Below are positions 1-12,129 of a stretch of 64,000 nucleotides of DNA, piece after piece (within the stretch, counting starts at the first letter, position 1; each line of letters opens with the position of its first letter). The DNA is from Neoconidiobolus thromboides FSU 785. Lineage: Eukaryota > Fungi > Entomophthoromycota. The notes under the pieces were generated by a model that was not told the DNA's origin, did not search any database, and saw only the letters and a program-made list of their open reading frames with translations. The DNA is taken from positions 1 through 64,000 of the forward strand of contig MU626354.1 in assembly GCA_025603075.1 (NCBI GenBank), in the 5' to 3' direction. Made by a program: the position numbers and the translations under genes.

Positions 1-34
1 AAATTTATTCTGAATAATGGTAATATTAAGGTAC

Positions 35-1747
35 TTATTTTCTAAAATTTTCATTGATAACAAGTTGTTTACCCATAACTAAATGGGCAGTAATATGACA
101 ATGCATAAACCATGAACCTGGATTGTCAGCATTGAAACGAATAGCGTACCATCCACATGGAACATCATCAGCAGCAACACGAGAGTTCCCAAAGCTAAAA
201 AGATTTTCATTAGAGTTTTCGTTATTAACTCTAACACCTAAGGTATCTGATAATTGATTAGTAGCGGACCTAGCTGATTCTTTAACATTATTAGCATATT
301 GAATGAATGTATCACGATAGATTGGAATTTTATTAGAGGTACTTAATTTAGCATCAATAGCCTTTCCATCAACCTCTGGGTTATATACACCTGCACCTTG
401 ACCTACAACAAAGAAAGAGTGTCCATGTAAATGCCATGGGTGAGAAGCACAAGTTCTTCCAGCAGGCATATAATGTTGAAGAACAAGTTGTACAACTTCC
501 CCTTCAGTAATTTCATAAACACCTGGGGTAGCTTTATGACGTCCAGCAATAACATCATCCCATACAGTTGAATTCCTTGGCTTTGAAACAACATCATTGA
601 TAGTAAAGATTGGATGACCTTCGTGAGTAGCTGAAATAATGTTTAATACAATTTCGTTGGTAACTTTTTTAGGAACTGGATAAAAGTGAGAGTTAAGTCC
701 CTTATTGTACCATTTACTTGTAGCTAATTGTGATTCTACCCAACGATTGAATGGTCCAGTAGGTGTTGGTGGAGTAGCTGGAGTCCTTTTTAAAGTGCTT
801 GGATTTTCAGCACCTTCATAATGAAGAATAGCAACACCATTGTTAGGATTAGCAGATCCACCACTGACTTGAGTATAAGTATAATAGTTAGAAATTGGTT
901 GATTTGTTTCCATGATTACGGAATATCTTTGGCCAGGTCCTATTTCAACTCTATCAACTTCAATTGGTTCAATAATAGTACCATCAGCTTCAATTAAGGT
1001 AAACTTATGCCCTGGAATACGAAAGGTAAGGAATGAAAGTCCATTGGCACCAATTAAGCGTAATCTATATCTCTTATTTGGTTTTACATCAATGACATTA
1101 AACCCTTTATTAAATGGTACAGTAGAATTATCAGCACCTTTAGTATCCCATACTTTATAAGTCATACCATTCGTTAAAATACTATCAGCACCACCAACGA
1201 ATCTAAATGGTAATTCTAAAAGTCCTTTAAGCATTTCATCACTTGGTTTATGCCATATTTCAGATAGCATTACTACTCTATCCTCATCGTAACGATATCT
1301 TGGATCGAACTTTACTATATCACTCCAAACATCTTTTTTATCTTGAACAATTAATGCCCCATAAGCATGTTCAGCATCTAATCCAGTATGAGCATGGTAC
1401 CACCAAGTACCAGTTTGATCATTTACATGGAAATTGTATAAAAAGTCTTCACCTGGCTTAATAGGAGGAGAACTAACATATGGTACACCATCAGAACCAA
1501 CAGTACCTTTTTGAACCATTCCATGCCAATGAATAGAGAAATCTTTGTTAAGTCTATTACGTACTTTTACAACAATAGTATCACCAGCAGTAGCATTGAT
1601 AGTAGGAGCAGGGTATTGACCATTGAATAATATACCTTCAAAAGCAAAGTTATCAGGCGCAATTCTACCTTCTTTTACTTCCCAATCAAAGTTCAAAGTG
1701 GCAGAATTAATAACAGATGCGAGCAATAAACTAATGAAACACTTCAT
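35..1747 (-). CDS. Secreted multicopper oxidase (laccase/ascorbate-oxidase-like), 570 aa, intronless
   Basis: All four copper signatures are present: HWHG, WWYHAH, HPWHLHGH, HCHITAHLVMG. Hydrophobic N-terminus is signal-peptide-like. Confidence 0.95.
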   Translation of the reverse strand: MKCFISLLLASVINSATLNFDWEVKEGRIAPDNFAFEGILFNGQYPAPTINATAGDTIVVKVRNRLNKDFSIHWHGMVQKGTVGSDGVPYVSSPPIKPGEDFLYNFHVNDQTGTWWYHAHTGLDAEHAYGALIVQDKKDVWSDIVKFDPRYRYDEDRVVMLSEIWHKPSDEMLKGLLELPFRFVGGADSILTNGMTYKVWDTKGADNSTVPFNKGFNVIDVKPNKRYRLRLIGANGLSFLTFRIPGHKFTLIEADGTIIEPIEVDRVEIGPGQRYSVIMETNQPISNYYTYTQVSGGSANPNNGVAILHYEGAENPSTLKRTPATPPTPTGPFNRWVESQLATSKWYNKGLNSHFYPVPKKVTNEIVLNIISATHEGHPIFTINDVVSKPRNSTVWDDVIAGRHKATPGVYEITEGEVVQLVLQHYMPAGRTCASHPWHLHGHSFFVVGQGAGVYNPEVDGKAIDAKLSTSNKIPIYRDTFIQYANNVKESARSATNQLSDTLGVRVNNENSNENLFSFGNSRVAADDVPCGWYAIRFNADNPGSWFMHCHITAHLVMGKQLVINENFRK

Positions 1748-2513
1748 ATTTAAATGTTATAATTAATGTGAGTTATTTTTGTTTATATTTATACTGTTTC
1801 AATCCCAGTGAGGTATTTATTGTTATAATTAACACGAATGTATTTGGTGTTAACCATTTATTAAACAATGTTGAGTTATATAAATTATTTTTTATTCTCA
1901 GGTAAATGCTTCCATTTATAAAAATAATTCAAACATCCTAAATTAGTATTAAAATTTTATTACACCAAAAGAATTTTCTTTTTTGTGCAATTTTCAATAA
2001 CGCCTCATCTGATAGGCTAAGGTACTACTGTAAAGGATTTACTATGCCCGCCTACATTATTCTCAATATTTTTTTATTATATTCATTTACTGTGATCTTA
2101 ATATTTGAAGAATTTTAAATGCTAATTTAATGCTAATTTAATTTTCTTATAATAAAGACAGACAGATTCCATTGACTTCAGATATTGTATAATTTTAAAT
2201 TATTTTTATTTCATTATATAAAACTATTTTTGAAATACAATAAATCTTACTGTATTAATTTATTTTATATCATAAACTTAAATTGCAAAATCTGATTAGA
2301 TTTTTTGTAAAAAGAACATGAATAGTTGGAAAAATTATACTTCTATTTACAAATAATAAAATATAACAGAATTGTATATTGATACGAGTGTAATTAATAA
2401 TATTTCAAATCGCTAAAATGACGCTAATAATTTTACTATTTTATATTATGTATATAATTGAAACAGCTAAAAATAAACAAACGCTATTAAATTAAATCAG
2501 TGTAAATAAATAT

Positions 2514-2611
2514 GAGAATATGTTTTTTTGTTTAAGAATTTTACTAGTAAGTTTTTACACCTGAATAGCGCTTAAAAATGGAAAAAGTAATGAAATAAAA
2601 AAAACACTTCC
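2514..2611 (+). mobile_element. MITE copy 1 (degenerate)
   Basis: GAGAATATG...ACACTTCC flanked by ATAT/ATAT; contains family core TTTAAGAATTTTACTA...AATAGCGCTTAAAAATGGAAAAAGTAATGAA. Confidence 0.85.
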
Positions 2612-3920
2612 ATATTTTGTAAGGAATTCACTGTTTGAAAGCTAAAAGGTATTAGTTTTATTCTGTATTTCTAATTTTTTATTAATTTGAAAAGTTCTTT
2701 AAAATCTATAGTATGCAATAACGTTGGTTAGATATATATATTTACTAGCAGAGTAGTTTAATGCGGTAGCAAAGTATTAAATGAAAATGATTTATTTATA
2801 TCTTGTAAATGATATTGCTATACTTTATGTCATTTATAGTACCAATCTCCATATGAAATATCACCAACTTATAACTAGCAGTTATCTTCTTTTTATTCTG
2901 TTAATCAAATTTATCCAATTGTTTTAACTATCAATTTATATTTTTTATAAATAAATATCTCAAAAACTTTGGTCATTTTATTCATTTTAACATAGATGGG
3001 ATACAAAAACAACTTTGAAATTTGAAATCTAAATTTTCAAAACCAGATATAGATAATGTGTTTATTAAATATAATAAAATGGATTTAAGTATATAGAGAA
3101 TGCGCTGTATTGCTTATAAAAGGAAACTTCAAGGAGTATGGGTTATTATTTTTAATAACAAACAAGATTCCCGGCGCATTATGAAAATATATAATTCGTA
3201 GTAAATGAATCGATCCTTAGAATATTGCTTTGTCATAATCAAGTAGAATAAAGAGCTATTTTAAAGTTTTTCTACTTTTAGATACTTTAGTACAATGTAT
3301 GTTTTATTTCATAACTAATACTTTTATTATATTGATTGTAAAATGATGTAAAAGCTAGTAGCATTGGAGATGAAAATGTACAATAATTTTCACATTTTGT
3401 TTAATTTTAATTATGTTTGATAAAATTGCTATGATTGATTTTTGTAAATACAAATATATAATACAACCATAAACATAAGTAAAATCACATATAAAAATCA
3501 ATAGTTCTATGTTGATTATTGGAAATAGTCATACTAAATCCGTTCCCAACATTTTAGAAACTATTATATAACAAATAATTTAATAGAATGTTTTTAAAAA
3601 TAGATAGTCATAAATTGATTTTTTATCAGATATAATAAACTATTCTTAGTTAAATATAATTAACGCCTGTATCTTTTATTTGATCAACCAAAACCATATA
3701 TTTTAAAAACAATTTGAATTATTATAGATCATAATTTTACTACTTTATAAAACCAGAATGAGATTATTTCAAAATCAACTACTTATAACTAGAAATAGGC
3801 CCTAATAGCATGATAAATAAAGTAACAATATGAGTAATTACTTAAATTAAACAATATTTAATGAATACATATAATATTTAAGATACTTCCCAAGTTCGTT
3901 GTTATCACTACTAAATATAT

Positions 3921-4019
3921 GGGGATGTATTTTTAGGTTTAAGAATTTTACTAATAAAATTTCCACTCAAATAGTGTTTAAAAGATAGAAAAAATGATGA
4001 AGCCAAAAAAAACATTCCC
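3921..4019 (+). mobile_element. MITE copy 2 (left half of inverted dimer)
   Basis: GGGGATGTATTTTT...AAAAAAACATTCCC, ATAT on both sides. Confidence 0.92.
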
Positions 4020-4023
4020 ATAT

Positions 4024-4121
4024 GGCGATGTTTTTTTGGCTTCATTACTTTTTCCATCTTTTATGTGTTATTTGAGTGGAAAAAGTGTTAGTAAAATTTT
4101 CAAATACAAAAATACATCCCC
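4024..4121 (-). mobile_element. MITE copy 3 (right half of inverted dimer)
   Basis: GGCGATGTTTTTTT...AATACATCCCC; shares ATAT 4020-4023 with copy 2; ATAT at 4122-4125. Confidence 0.92.
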
Positions 4122-4711
4122 ATATGGTACTTACTGAACTATAAATTGATAGTTTTAGGTAGAATATTTTAAGCAACCTAAGTTCTTAGAAAGAGTTAAG
4201 TAACAATTTGTGTTTTTATTCCAATTATCCATTGTTTTCCCAAGAATAGCATTTTAAGAACTTCCTTATAAAAGTAGTAAAATTATTTTTTAAAAAATAA
4301 ATGCTTGTTCCCAATATTACTCTCATGGGAAGAGTCTAGGCCTCGAAGATTTGCACTATTAGAGTCAGAATAAATACATTATGATAATAATGTGTTTTGT
4401 ATTATTTTTTCAAAATCATATACAAAAAACAGCAATAATTTATTTTTGCAAACGTTTAAAAAATAGACAAAGTAGATAGCAAATCCTTATTATTATGATA
4501 AAGGTATTTCCTATACACAAGCACAAGGGCATTAAAATGATTTACTAATGCTCATAGAAGTTAATCTTAATTCGTTTATTATTATTTTTAATATATCTGC
4601 AAAATATCATCAACATTGTATAACATTGAGCTATACTAAATGTTTATAAAGAATGTAAACAAAAAGTTTGATGTATTTTTCAAAAATGACTTAGTAAAAT
4701 TTAATGATAAA

Positions 4712-4924
4712 TTAAATTAAGCCAATAGCCAAAGGAATAAATGAAAATATTAATATGATAATAGATATCATACAGCAGCATAATAAGGGAAATATCATGA
4801 CACTATAATAAATACTGTAAAAAAAGGGATGTAATGTGATGAAGCCTATCAAGAAAACACTATAAAAAGCTCCTTTCTCTCTTTTAAAGGGCCAATAAAA
4901 TAGTATTAAACTTTTTTTTGTCAA
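4712..4924 (-). pseudogene. Hydrophobic ORF fragment, possible membrane-protein relic; paralogous fragment at ~6432-6530
   Basis: FPLLCCCMISIIILIFSFIPLAIGLI aligns with FSLFCCYVVSIIIPVFSFILLLIGLI on the minus strand of unit B. Confidence 0.4.
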
Positions 4925-5304
4925 ATATTTGTTTTATCTCAGTTTTGTTTTTAACAATTAATTATAATTATTTTAGAAAACTATAGTAACGATTTGTATT
5001 AAAAACAACATAAAATTAATAGCTTCATTTTTATCAATATACATCTTTTTGTAAAGATATTCAATAGGGAGAGAGATCAATTTATATACTAAATATAGTG
5101 GCTAAATCATACTTTATCATTTGCTATAAAATTAAACTAAAAAACATCAAGTTTAGAAGAGCACTTAAACAGTACCTTATTTAAATAATAGAACGCCTAT
5201 TAACATTATTAAATATACTACTAAAACAATTATCTATTTGATATCATAACACATAGTACAGTTAACTGTCCTTATAAATAACAACCAACAATAAGTTAGA
5301 TAAA

Positions 5305-5568
5305 ATGCGACCAACTATATGGAGTACTATGAGTTACCAAAAAAGGGAATTTAAAACAATATTTTTAACTAGTTTAAGTACAATAGCTGTTAGTAAGGTA
5401 GTTAGTAAAACTTATAATTTATACCAAAGTTTGTCGATTAACGGTTATTTTAAATGTATTTCAGGAAATTCCGTAACTGAAACTGTATTTATCAAAGATG
5501 AATTTGGTATTTCTATTATTGATCGTTCACAAAAGCGCATTCAAACAAATTGTAAGACTAAATTATGA
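5305..5568 (+). CDS. Small hypothetical protein, 87 aa
   Basis: ATG-initiated; 33 of 75 aligned residues identical, without gaps, to the paralog at 7043. Confidence 0.55.
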   Translation: MRPTIWSTMSYQKREFKTIFLTSLSTIAVSKVVSKTYNLYQSLSINGYFKCISGNSVTETVFIKDEFGISIIDRSQKRIQTNCKTKL

Positions 5569-6051
5569 TAAGCTTAGGAAGAATTATTATATTGTAATAA
5601 ATAATAATCATGAAATAAAGAAATTCCGAAGCAAATTTTGATGTTTTTAACTGATTTTATAAAACATTATTAAAAATGTTTAATTAAAATATTATTTATC
5701 GAATTACTATTACTTATTTTTATTTTTAAATTTTAATTCTTTAATAGCTAAAAATAAACTGAATGAAAGCATTATATTTATTTGTAATAACAATATATAT
5801 ATAATACTATCACATTTAAATTAAATTAAGTTAAGTTTTAAGAATGACTTTTGTAGCTGAATTAATATGTTTTAAATTTTACTTTAAAATCTTTTTTAAA
5901 ATTTTTACAAAATAGTCTCTATTTTTTTCCTGAATATAGAATTTCATAGAAACTCCTTAAATGTTTTATTTTTCTATTTTTTGTAATAACTTGAGTGATA
6001 TTAAATGAATGTCATCTGATGTAATTTCGATATAAAATGTGAGTCTGGTAA

Positions 6052-7350
6052 GGAAAGTCTAAGCTCTGGAATTACCTGTCTTTTGTTAGATATAAAATAT
6101 GTTTTATATACAGCAATTGTATTCCATTATTTTTACACAATTATAATAACAAAACAATAACATTTATGTAAGATCTTAGAGAGGATGAAGGAATTAAACA
6201 AAGTAAAAGACTAAATGTTATATAAATAACAAAGAATTTCCATATATGTTACATGAGACATAAGAACATTTATAAACACATACAGAATTTAAGTCTTAAA
6301 TTTGTATTAATAACATTATAGTTATTTTAGATTATAACAAAACATTGATATTATATCCCTAAACAACGTTAAATATTTTTAAAAAAAGGTTGGAAATGTT
6401 TAATGTACTTTCTCAAAGTATATAAAGTGACTCAATAATATAATAGATCGATTAGACCAATAAGTAGAAGAATAAATGAAAAAACCGGTATAATAATAGA
6501 TACAACATAACAACAGAATAAAGAAAATATTAAAATAGCTTAGCAATAATAATAAAAATAGGTGGTGAGTACCCTATGAGTTGCTATAAATACACTCTCT
6601 TTTAAAAAATAAATCAAAACTACAATATTAAAACAACATTTCCCTAATTATTTAATTTGCTTTGGTCTTTATAAAGCCCTTGTGTAATAATATCAAGAAA
6701 CTCACATCTCTGAAAATATAAAAGGTTTCTACTAAAAACACCAAAAATAGAAAAAAGCATATATTTGCTAGCGGATAACTTATTTTAAAAATAACGTTTA
6801 ATAAGAGCATAATAATCTGATCATATAAATAGAGTGATTGATAATATTTTGATAATTTCTATAGAGCTAATCAAAAAGAAATAAGATTTAAAAGATACTT
6901 TATTAGTGATTCATTTCAAACAGTACATAAACTTACTTATATAGACCGACTTATTAAATTAATATCACCTATATAATACTACAATATCTAATAAAGAGAG
7001 CTCCTCTGTACATATATAGTAAACAATAAGCTAAGCTTGAAAATGCAGCCAATTTTATGGAATATCATTGGCTATCAAAAAAAGGAATTAAAAAGAATAG
7101 TTGGAATTAGTTTATGTACAATAATTGGAAGTAAACTGATTGGAAAAACTTATGATCTATATCAAAAATCATCATTTGATGGTTACTTTGAGTTCATCTT
7201 CAAAAGTTCTAAAACTCAGTTTGTATTTACTAAGGATAAATATAGTACTCTTTATATTTCGTACTTGTAAAATCATATACAATTAGATCATAAATTATAA
7301 TGAGCTTTGAGAAGAACCGAATATCAGTATTAATTGTAGTAATACCGTTA
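6052..7350. repeat. Tandem duplication, unit B
   Basis: Collinear with 4328-5620; boundaries approximate. Confidence 0.8.
7043..7270 (+). CDS. Small hypothetical protein, 75 aa, paralog of 5305-5568, C-terminally truncated
   Basis: TAA at 7268-7270 aligns with CAA in the paralog; similarity continues past it (..IQLDHKL* vs ..IQTNCKTKL*). Confidence 0.5.
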   Translation: MQPILWNIIGYQKKELKRIVGISLCTIIGSKLIGKTYDLYQKSSFDGYFEFIFKSSKTQFVFTKDKYSTLYISYL

Positions 7351-8090
7351 TTGAATAAAGCATAAATCTTTTATAAAGCTGATCAATTGTATTAAATAAA
7401 TAATCGTTAGAGCTTTATGTTTGTTAACGAGAGATAAATTTTTATAACAAATTCTAATTTCTTAAATAAATTAAGCTATAAATGAGAGTAATGTATAGTT
7501 AATAATAATAGTTACATATATATTTTAAAATAACATCTCAACTTTAAATAAATTCATGTAAAATCTGATTATGTAAACGTATTATAGATTTAATTAATTT
7601 ATAACAGTTAAATTTTAATGCATGTTTCAAGATAATACTAGATAGAATATTATTTTCTTTGAAAATATTTATAAGTCAAAGACTACCAGCAAGTTTATAA
7701 GGAATTCTTTTGATTTTTTAAATAACAAAGGCTGATATGTATTTATTCATATATTAATTAAAAAAGCTTGTAGATTTACAAGGAAATAACTTTTTATTAC
7801 ATCTATCTTTTATTTATGGTTTAGAAGTTGAACAAACTTCAGTTAGACTGATTATTAAAATCAACTTACTAATAAATTTCAAAGCAATTGTAAGAGTTTT
7901 TAGCACTTAACTTTTAAATGTATATTTTGAAGAACTAAATTTTTTTAAATATGTACAGATTAAATTCTATAAATTAAATTAAAATTAAATTAAATATCTA
8001 AATCCTCTCTCTAATTTTAGTAAATTATATAATTAATAAATTTTCAAAATTAAAATATTTAAGTGCTACTTTTATTTAAAAATTAAAATC

Positions 8091-10766
8091 TTATTTCACA
8101 AAATGATTAACAGCTTCAGCCAAATGAAGTACTATTTTCATCCTTTCTACATTAGCTGATAAACGTTCTCTATTAATAGCATCTATCTTCCTTTGAGCAA
8201 GCTTAGATCTTCTACTAGGAGATGGCCAAACTGTAGCAGTAAACTTAAATGACCAAAGACGGAATACCAATACTTTGACAATATCTAAAATTACAAAGTA
8301 AACTAAAGAAATACCAATAACTGCGAATCCCCAGGCTGGTCCTACTGGTGCAATTAATTCAGGAATACCAAAAATTGTAATTAACATTGCAAACACCTGA
8401 GTGCCCATAATTGCAACAAAGAAGAACCAAGATGGTAATGAAACCCAGAAAAATCCAGCTAATCTGGTAGAGAAGATAAGGAAGTGAGGAGCAGATGAGA
8501 TATGAAGGTACATTACTGATTGTAACTCTCTTAATGGTCCAGGATCGAGACCAAATACATCTTTAGCAACATAAAAATGAGCAAATGAAAGGCCAGTTAA
8601 AAAGAATCCTAAAAGTACAGATAAGAAAATCAATTGCCCGATTCTCCATTTATCAGGTTTTTGGGAAATTTGGGCATTATCAAAAGCAATTACAATAGTT
8701 GCAAGATCATTAAGGACAGCTATAAAGATTAGTAAAACAGGATCCATATGCCAGTCTTCAATTAAAATGATACAGAAGAAAAAGATCAAAATATGTACAG
8801 TTGAAGTAATTCTATACAATGCATAAGATCTCATTCTTTGGAAAATAGCCCTTGAAGTAGTAATACCATCAATAATAGTAGATAAACCCGGTGCTAATAA
8901 AACAATATCGGCAGCAGATCTAGCAGCATCAGTACAATCATGTACAGCAATACCAACATTAGCTTTCTTAAGTGCTGGGGCATCATTGACACCATCACCA
9001 GTCATACCAACTAAAAGCCCTTTAGCTTGTAAAAGTTCAACTACTCTATATTTGTGTTCAGGAATTACTTGAGCAAATCCATCAGCTTGGAGACAACGTT
9101 GAGTAATTGTTTCCTCATCAATACCTTTTTCGACAAGTTTATTGGAATCAAGGATAGCCCTTTGCATACCTAATCTATGAGCTACTTCTTTGGCAATAAT
9201 TAATTGATCACCAGTAATCATTTTAACTGTTACACCATAATGGTGACATTTTTCAACGGTATCTGCAGAATCAGGTCTAGGAGGATCTAATAATGATATC
9301 ATACCTACTAAATGCCATTCATCAGGTTTACCAGGGAAGGTTCTAGCAACGCCTAATGCACGTAACCCACGGCTTGCAAGATCATTGACTGCCCTTACAC
9401 CCTCATCATGACCACCTACAAGTTTGACCATAGTTGGTGGTGCACCCTTTGAAACCATAAAAGATTCATTGGTTGCAAGATCAGTAACAGTAGCTTGAGT
9501 CCTTTTTGAAGTTGGATTAAATGGAACAAATGATGTTACTTTAAATCCTGGAATAGAATGCTCTTTATCTTTGGGGAGATTTTGAAGCACAGAAACACCT
9601 TCCTTGGCAGCGGAACGAACAGCTTTTTCAATAGGATCATTTGCTCCAGGTTCAGATGCAATGTAAGAATATAAAAGGATATCTTCTTTTGTATATCCTT
9701 CAGTAAGGTAAGGCTCATCAAAAGTAAGTTGGTTAAGAGTAAGGGTACCAGTTTTATCAGAGCATAAAATTCTTACTGATGCCATTTCTTCCACAGCAGT
9801 TAACCTTTTAACAATAACTTGTCTTGCAGCAAGTTGCTTAGCACCAACAGCCATTGTAACAGATAATACAGTTGGTAGTCCAACTGGGATGGCAGCTACA
9901 GTCAAGACAACAACTTGTTGGATAGATTGAATTGGATCTTCAGCATGAGTTTTGACAAGAAGGTAGATAAGAAGAATAATTACCATAACTGCAGTTACTA
10001 AAACCAAGAAATTTCCTATTTGACCAATAACCTTTTGGAAATGACCTCTTTCATTAGTAATTGAGATAAGATTAGCTGCTCTACCAATAAATGTATCGCT
10101 ACCAGTCTTTGTAACAACGGCCATCATTTGACCTTGTTTAACAATAGAAGATGAGTAGGCAGTTGAACCACGTTCTTTAGTGACAGGCAAAGATTCACCA
10201 GTAAGAGCAGATTGATCAATTTGTAAACCAGCATCTGATTCTTCACCAGTAACAGAAATACCTAACAACCGACAATCAGCAGGGACAATATCACCTAAAC
10301 GTAAAACAATGACATCACCAGGAACCAATTCAGCTGAATCAACTTCAACTAATTCACCGTTCCTCCAACATTTAGTCTTAAGAGCCAATGTATTTTTAAG
10401 AGCATCTAAAGCACTTTCAGCTTGTGCTTCCATCAAAAACCCAATTAAAGCATTCAAAAGGAGTAAGAACGCAATAATACCAAAATTAATCCAATCTTGA
10501 GCCACACCGGAAAAAATTAAAGCAACAATAATTAATATAGCAATAGCATCAGTGAAATATCCTATAAACTTCAAAAATGGATTTGTTTTATGCTCAGCAA
10601 GTTCATTTCTTCCAAATTTTTCTAATCTTTCTTGAAATTCAGCTGTAGTAAGGCCTTTTGTGGTATCTGTATGAAGCAATGCTTCTAATTCTGGAGAAAT
10701 GACATCTTCAGCTTCTTCATGTTTATGTTCAGTAAATTGAACTTCTTCCTTATTTTCAGTAGCCAT
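8091..10766 (-). CDS. PMA1: Plasma-membrane H+-ATPase (P3A), 891 aa, intronless
   Basis: TGES, CSDKTGTLT phosphorylation site, KGAP, MITGD, GDGVNDAPALKKA; PVGLP in TM4. Confidence 0.97.
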   Translation of the reverse strand: MATENKEEVQFTEHKHEEAEDVISPELEALLHTDTTKGLTTAEFQERLEKFGRNELAEHKTNPFLKFIGYFTDAIAILIIVALIFSGVAQDWINFGIIAFLLLLNALIGFLMEAQAESALDALKNTLALKTKCWRNGELVEVDSAELVPGDVIVLRLGDIVPADCRLLGISVTGEESDAGLQIDQSALTGESLPVTKERGSTAYSSSIVKQGQMMAVVTKTGSDTFIGRAANLISITNERGHFQKVIGQIGNFLVLVTAVMVIILLIYLLVKTHAEDPIQSIQQVVVLTVAAIPVGLPTVLSVTMAVGAKQLAARQVIVKRLTAVEEMASVRILCSDKTGTLTLNQLTFDEPYLTEGYTKEDILLYSYIASEPGANDPIEKAVRSAAKEGVSVLQNLPKDKEHSIPGFKVTSFVPFNPTSKRTQATVTDLATNESFMVSKGAPPTMVKLVGGHDEGVRAVNDLASRGLRALGVARTFPGKPDEWHLVGMISLLDPPRPDSADTVEKCHHYGVTVKMITGDQLIIAKEVAHRLGMQRAILDSNKLVEKGIDEETITQRCLQADGFAQVIPEHKYRVVELLQAKGLLVGMTGDGVNDAPALKKANVGIAVHDCTDAARSAADIVLLAPGLSTIIDGITTSRAIFQRMRSYALYRITSTVHILIFFFCIILIEDWHMDPVLLIFIAVLNDLATIVIAFDNAQISQKPDKWRIGQLIFLSVLLGFFLTGLSFAHFYVAKDVFGLDPGPLRELQSVMYLHISSAPHFLIFSTRLAGFFWVSLPSWFFFVAIMGTQVFAMLITIFGIPELIAPVGPAWGFAVIGISLVYFVILDIVKVLVFRLWSFKFTATVWPSPSRRSKLAQRKIDAINRERLSANVERMKIVLHLAEAVNHFVK

Positions 10767-12030
10767 ATTAAATTAATTTACAACGTCAATATAACACTTA
10801 AATATTATTAAAATTCAAAAGAATAAGGATGATATAAGCCCTCAGTTTAAAAGATAAGATAAAATATTTAATTGAAGTATGAATATAAAAGCCTTTTTAA
10901 AAAAATAAGTAGCTAAAATGCCTGTTTAAATAGTTTTGTAAATCATGCTATTTCATCTAGTTAATGAGATTGGTATAGACTTTATATGAAAGAATTCTAT
11001 TTAAGGTAGAGATCTGATTTCATTCTTATTTGAAATGAGGTCGGTTCAAAATAAACCGATTACATTAATAATCTTTGACCAATTAAAGACATATTTCCTC
11101 ACTCTATGACTTTCCATGGTGCGATAACATCCTTTTTTGCAAAATTTAGAAAATTTATAATTTAACTACTTTCCCCATAAAGCTTAAAAAGAGATTAAGA
11201 TAACCAAGCTAACTTTATATTCAATTTATTCAGACAAAATTTAATTAGCGTTAATTAAAAATTAACTTAAAAAAGAAAAAAATTAATCAAAATGGCTTTC
11301 AATTTTAATGAGTGTAATTTTATCTTTCAAAACTAAATATATTTGTTATAGTGAAATAATAAATCAAAAATAAAGATGAGTTGTTTATTAAGAAATGTGT
11401 AAAAAATAAAATAAAATAAAATAAAATAATTTAATATTGTTTTATTAACCCAGATCGAGATAACTTCAAATAGCTTTAAATAGCTTTGAATTCACAAAAC
11501 AAATTCTAAAGTTTAATAGTCAACTGATTTATTAATCTAATCTTTAAAACAATAGAAAGATACTTTGCATAAAAATTAATATATAAAATACGCTTATAAT
11601 CATCCTAAAAAAATACTAAAATATATTTGCAATATGGTAAAGATAAGATAATTTATTCTTTTGAACATAAAACATAAATCATGAACTGAATTGTTTATTA
11701 ATAATAAAACTATTAATTTGATGGAAACAATAAATAATAAATTCATAATAAATTATATTTTATTGATACTTTTCACTTTACTTTAAAATCGACATCTTGT
11801 TAGATACTTGTTTTTAAGGCTCTATCCTAACAGTAAAGAATTGGAAATAAATGTTTTAAGTCATCATGGCTAACACTCATTACCCTGATAGTTTAAACCT
11901 CTTGAATCATCTTAAGAGGTAACAAAATCGGTAACGGAGTTATTTAAATTCTCGAAGTCTGTTAAAATCTTATTATTGTAAGTAAAGATTAGTATTTTAT
12001 GGATTTAATATGTCAAAAAATAATACATAT

Positions 12031-12129
12031 AGGGCTGTATTTCTGTGTTTAAGAATTTTACTAACAAAATTTTCGCTCAAATAGCGCTTAAAAGGTAAAA
12101 AGAGTAATGAAGCTAAAAAAAACATCCCC
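12031..12129 (+). mobile_element. MITE copy 4
   Basis: AGGGCTGTATTT...AAAAAAAACATCCCC, ATAT/ATAT flanks. Confidence 0.92.

Larger units (their letters stand above)
4328..5620. repeat. Tandem duplication, unit A (paralog of ~6052-7350)
   Basis: Anchors at a near-constant ~1.73-kb offset: 4328/6052, GAATAAATGAAAA 4735/6470, ATG 5305/7043. Boundaries approximate. Confidence 0.8.
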
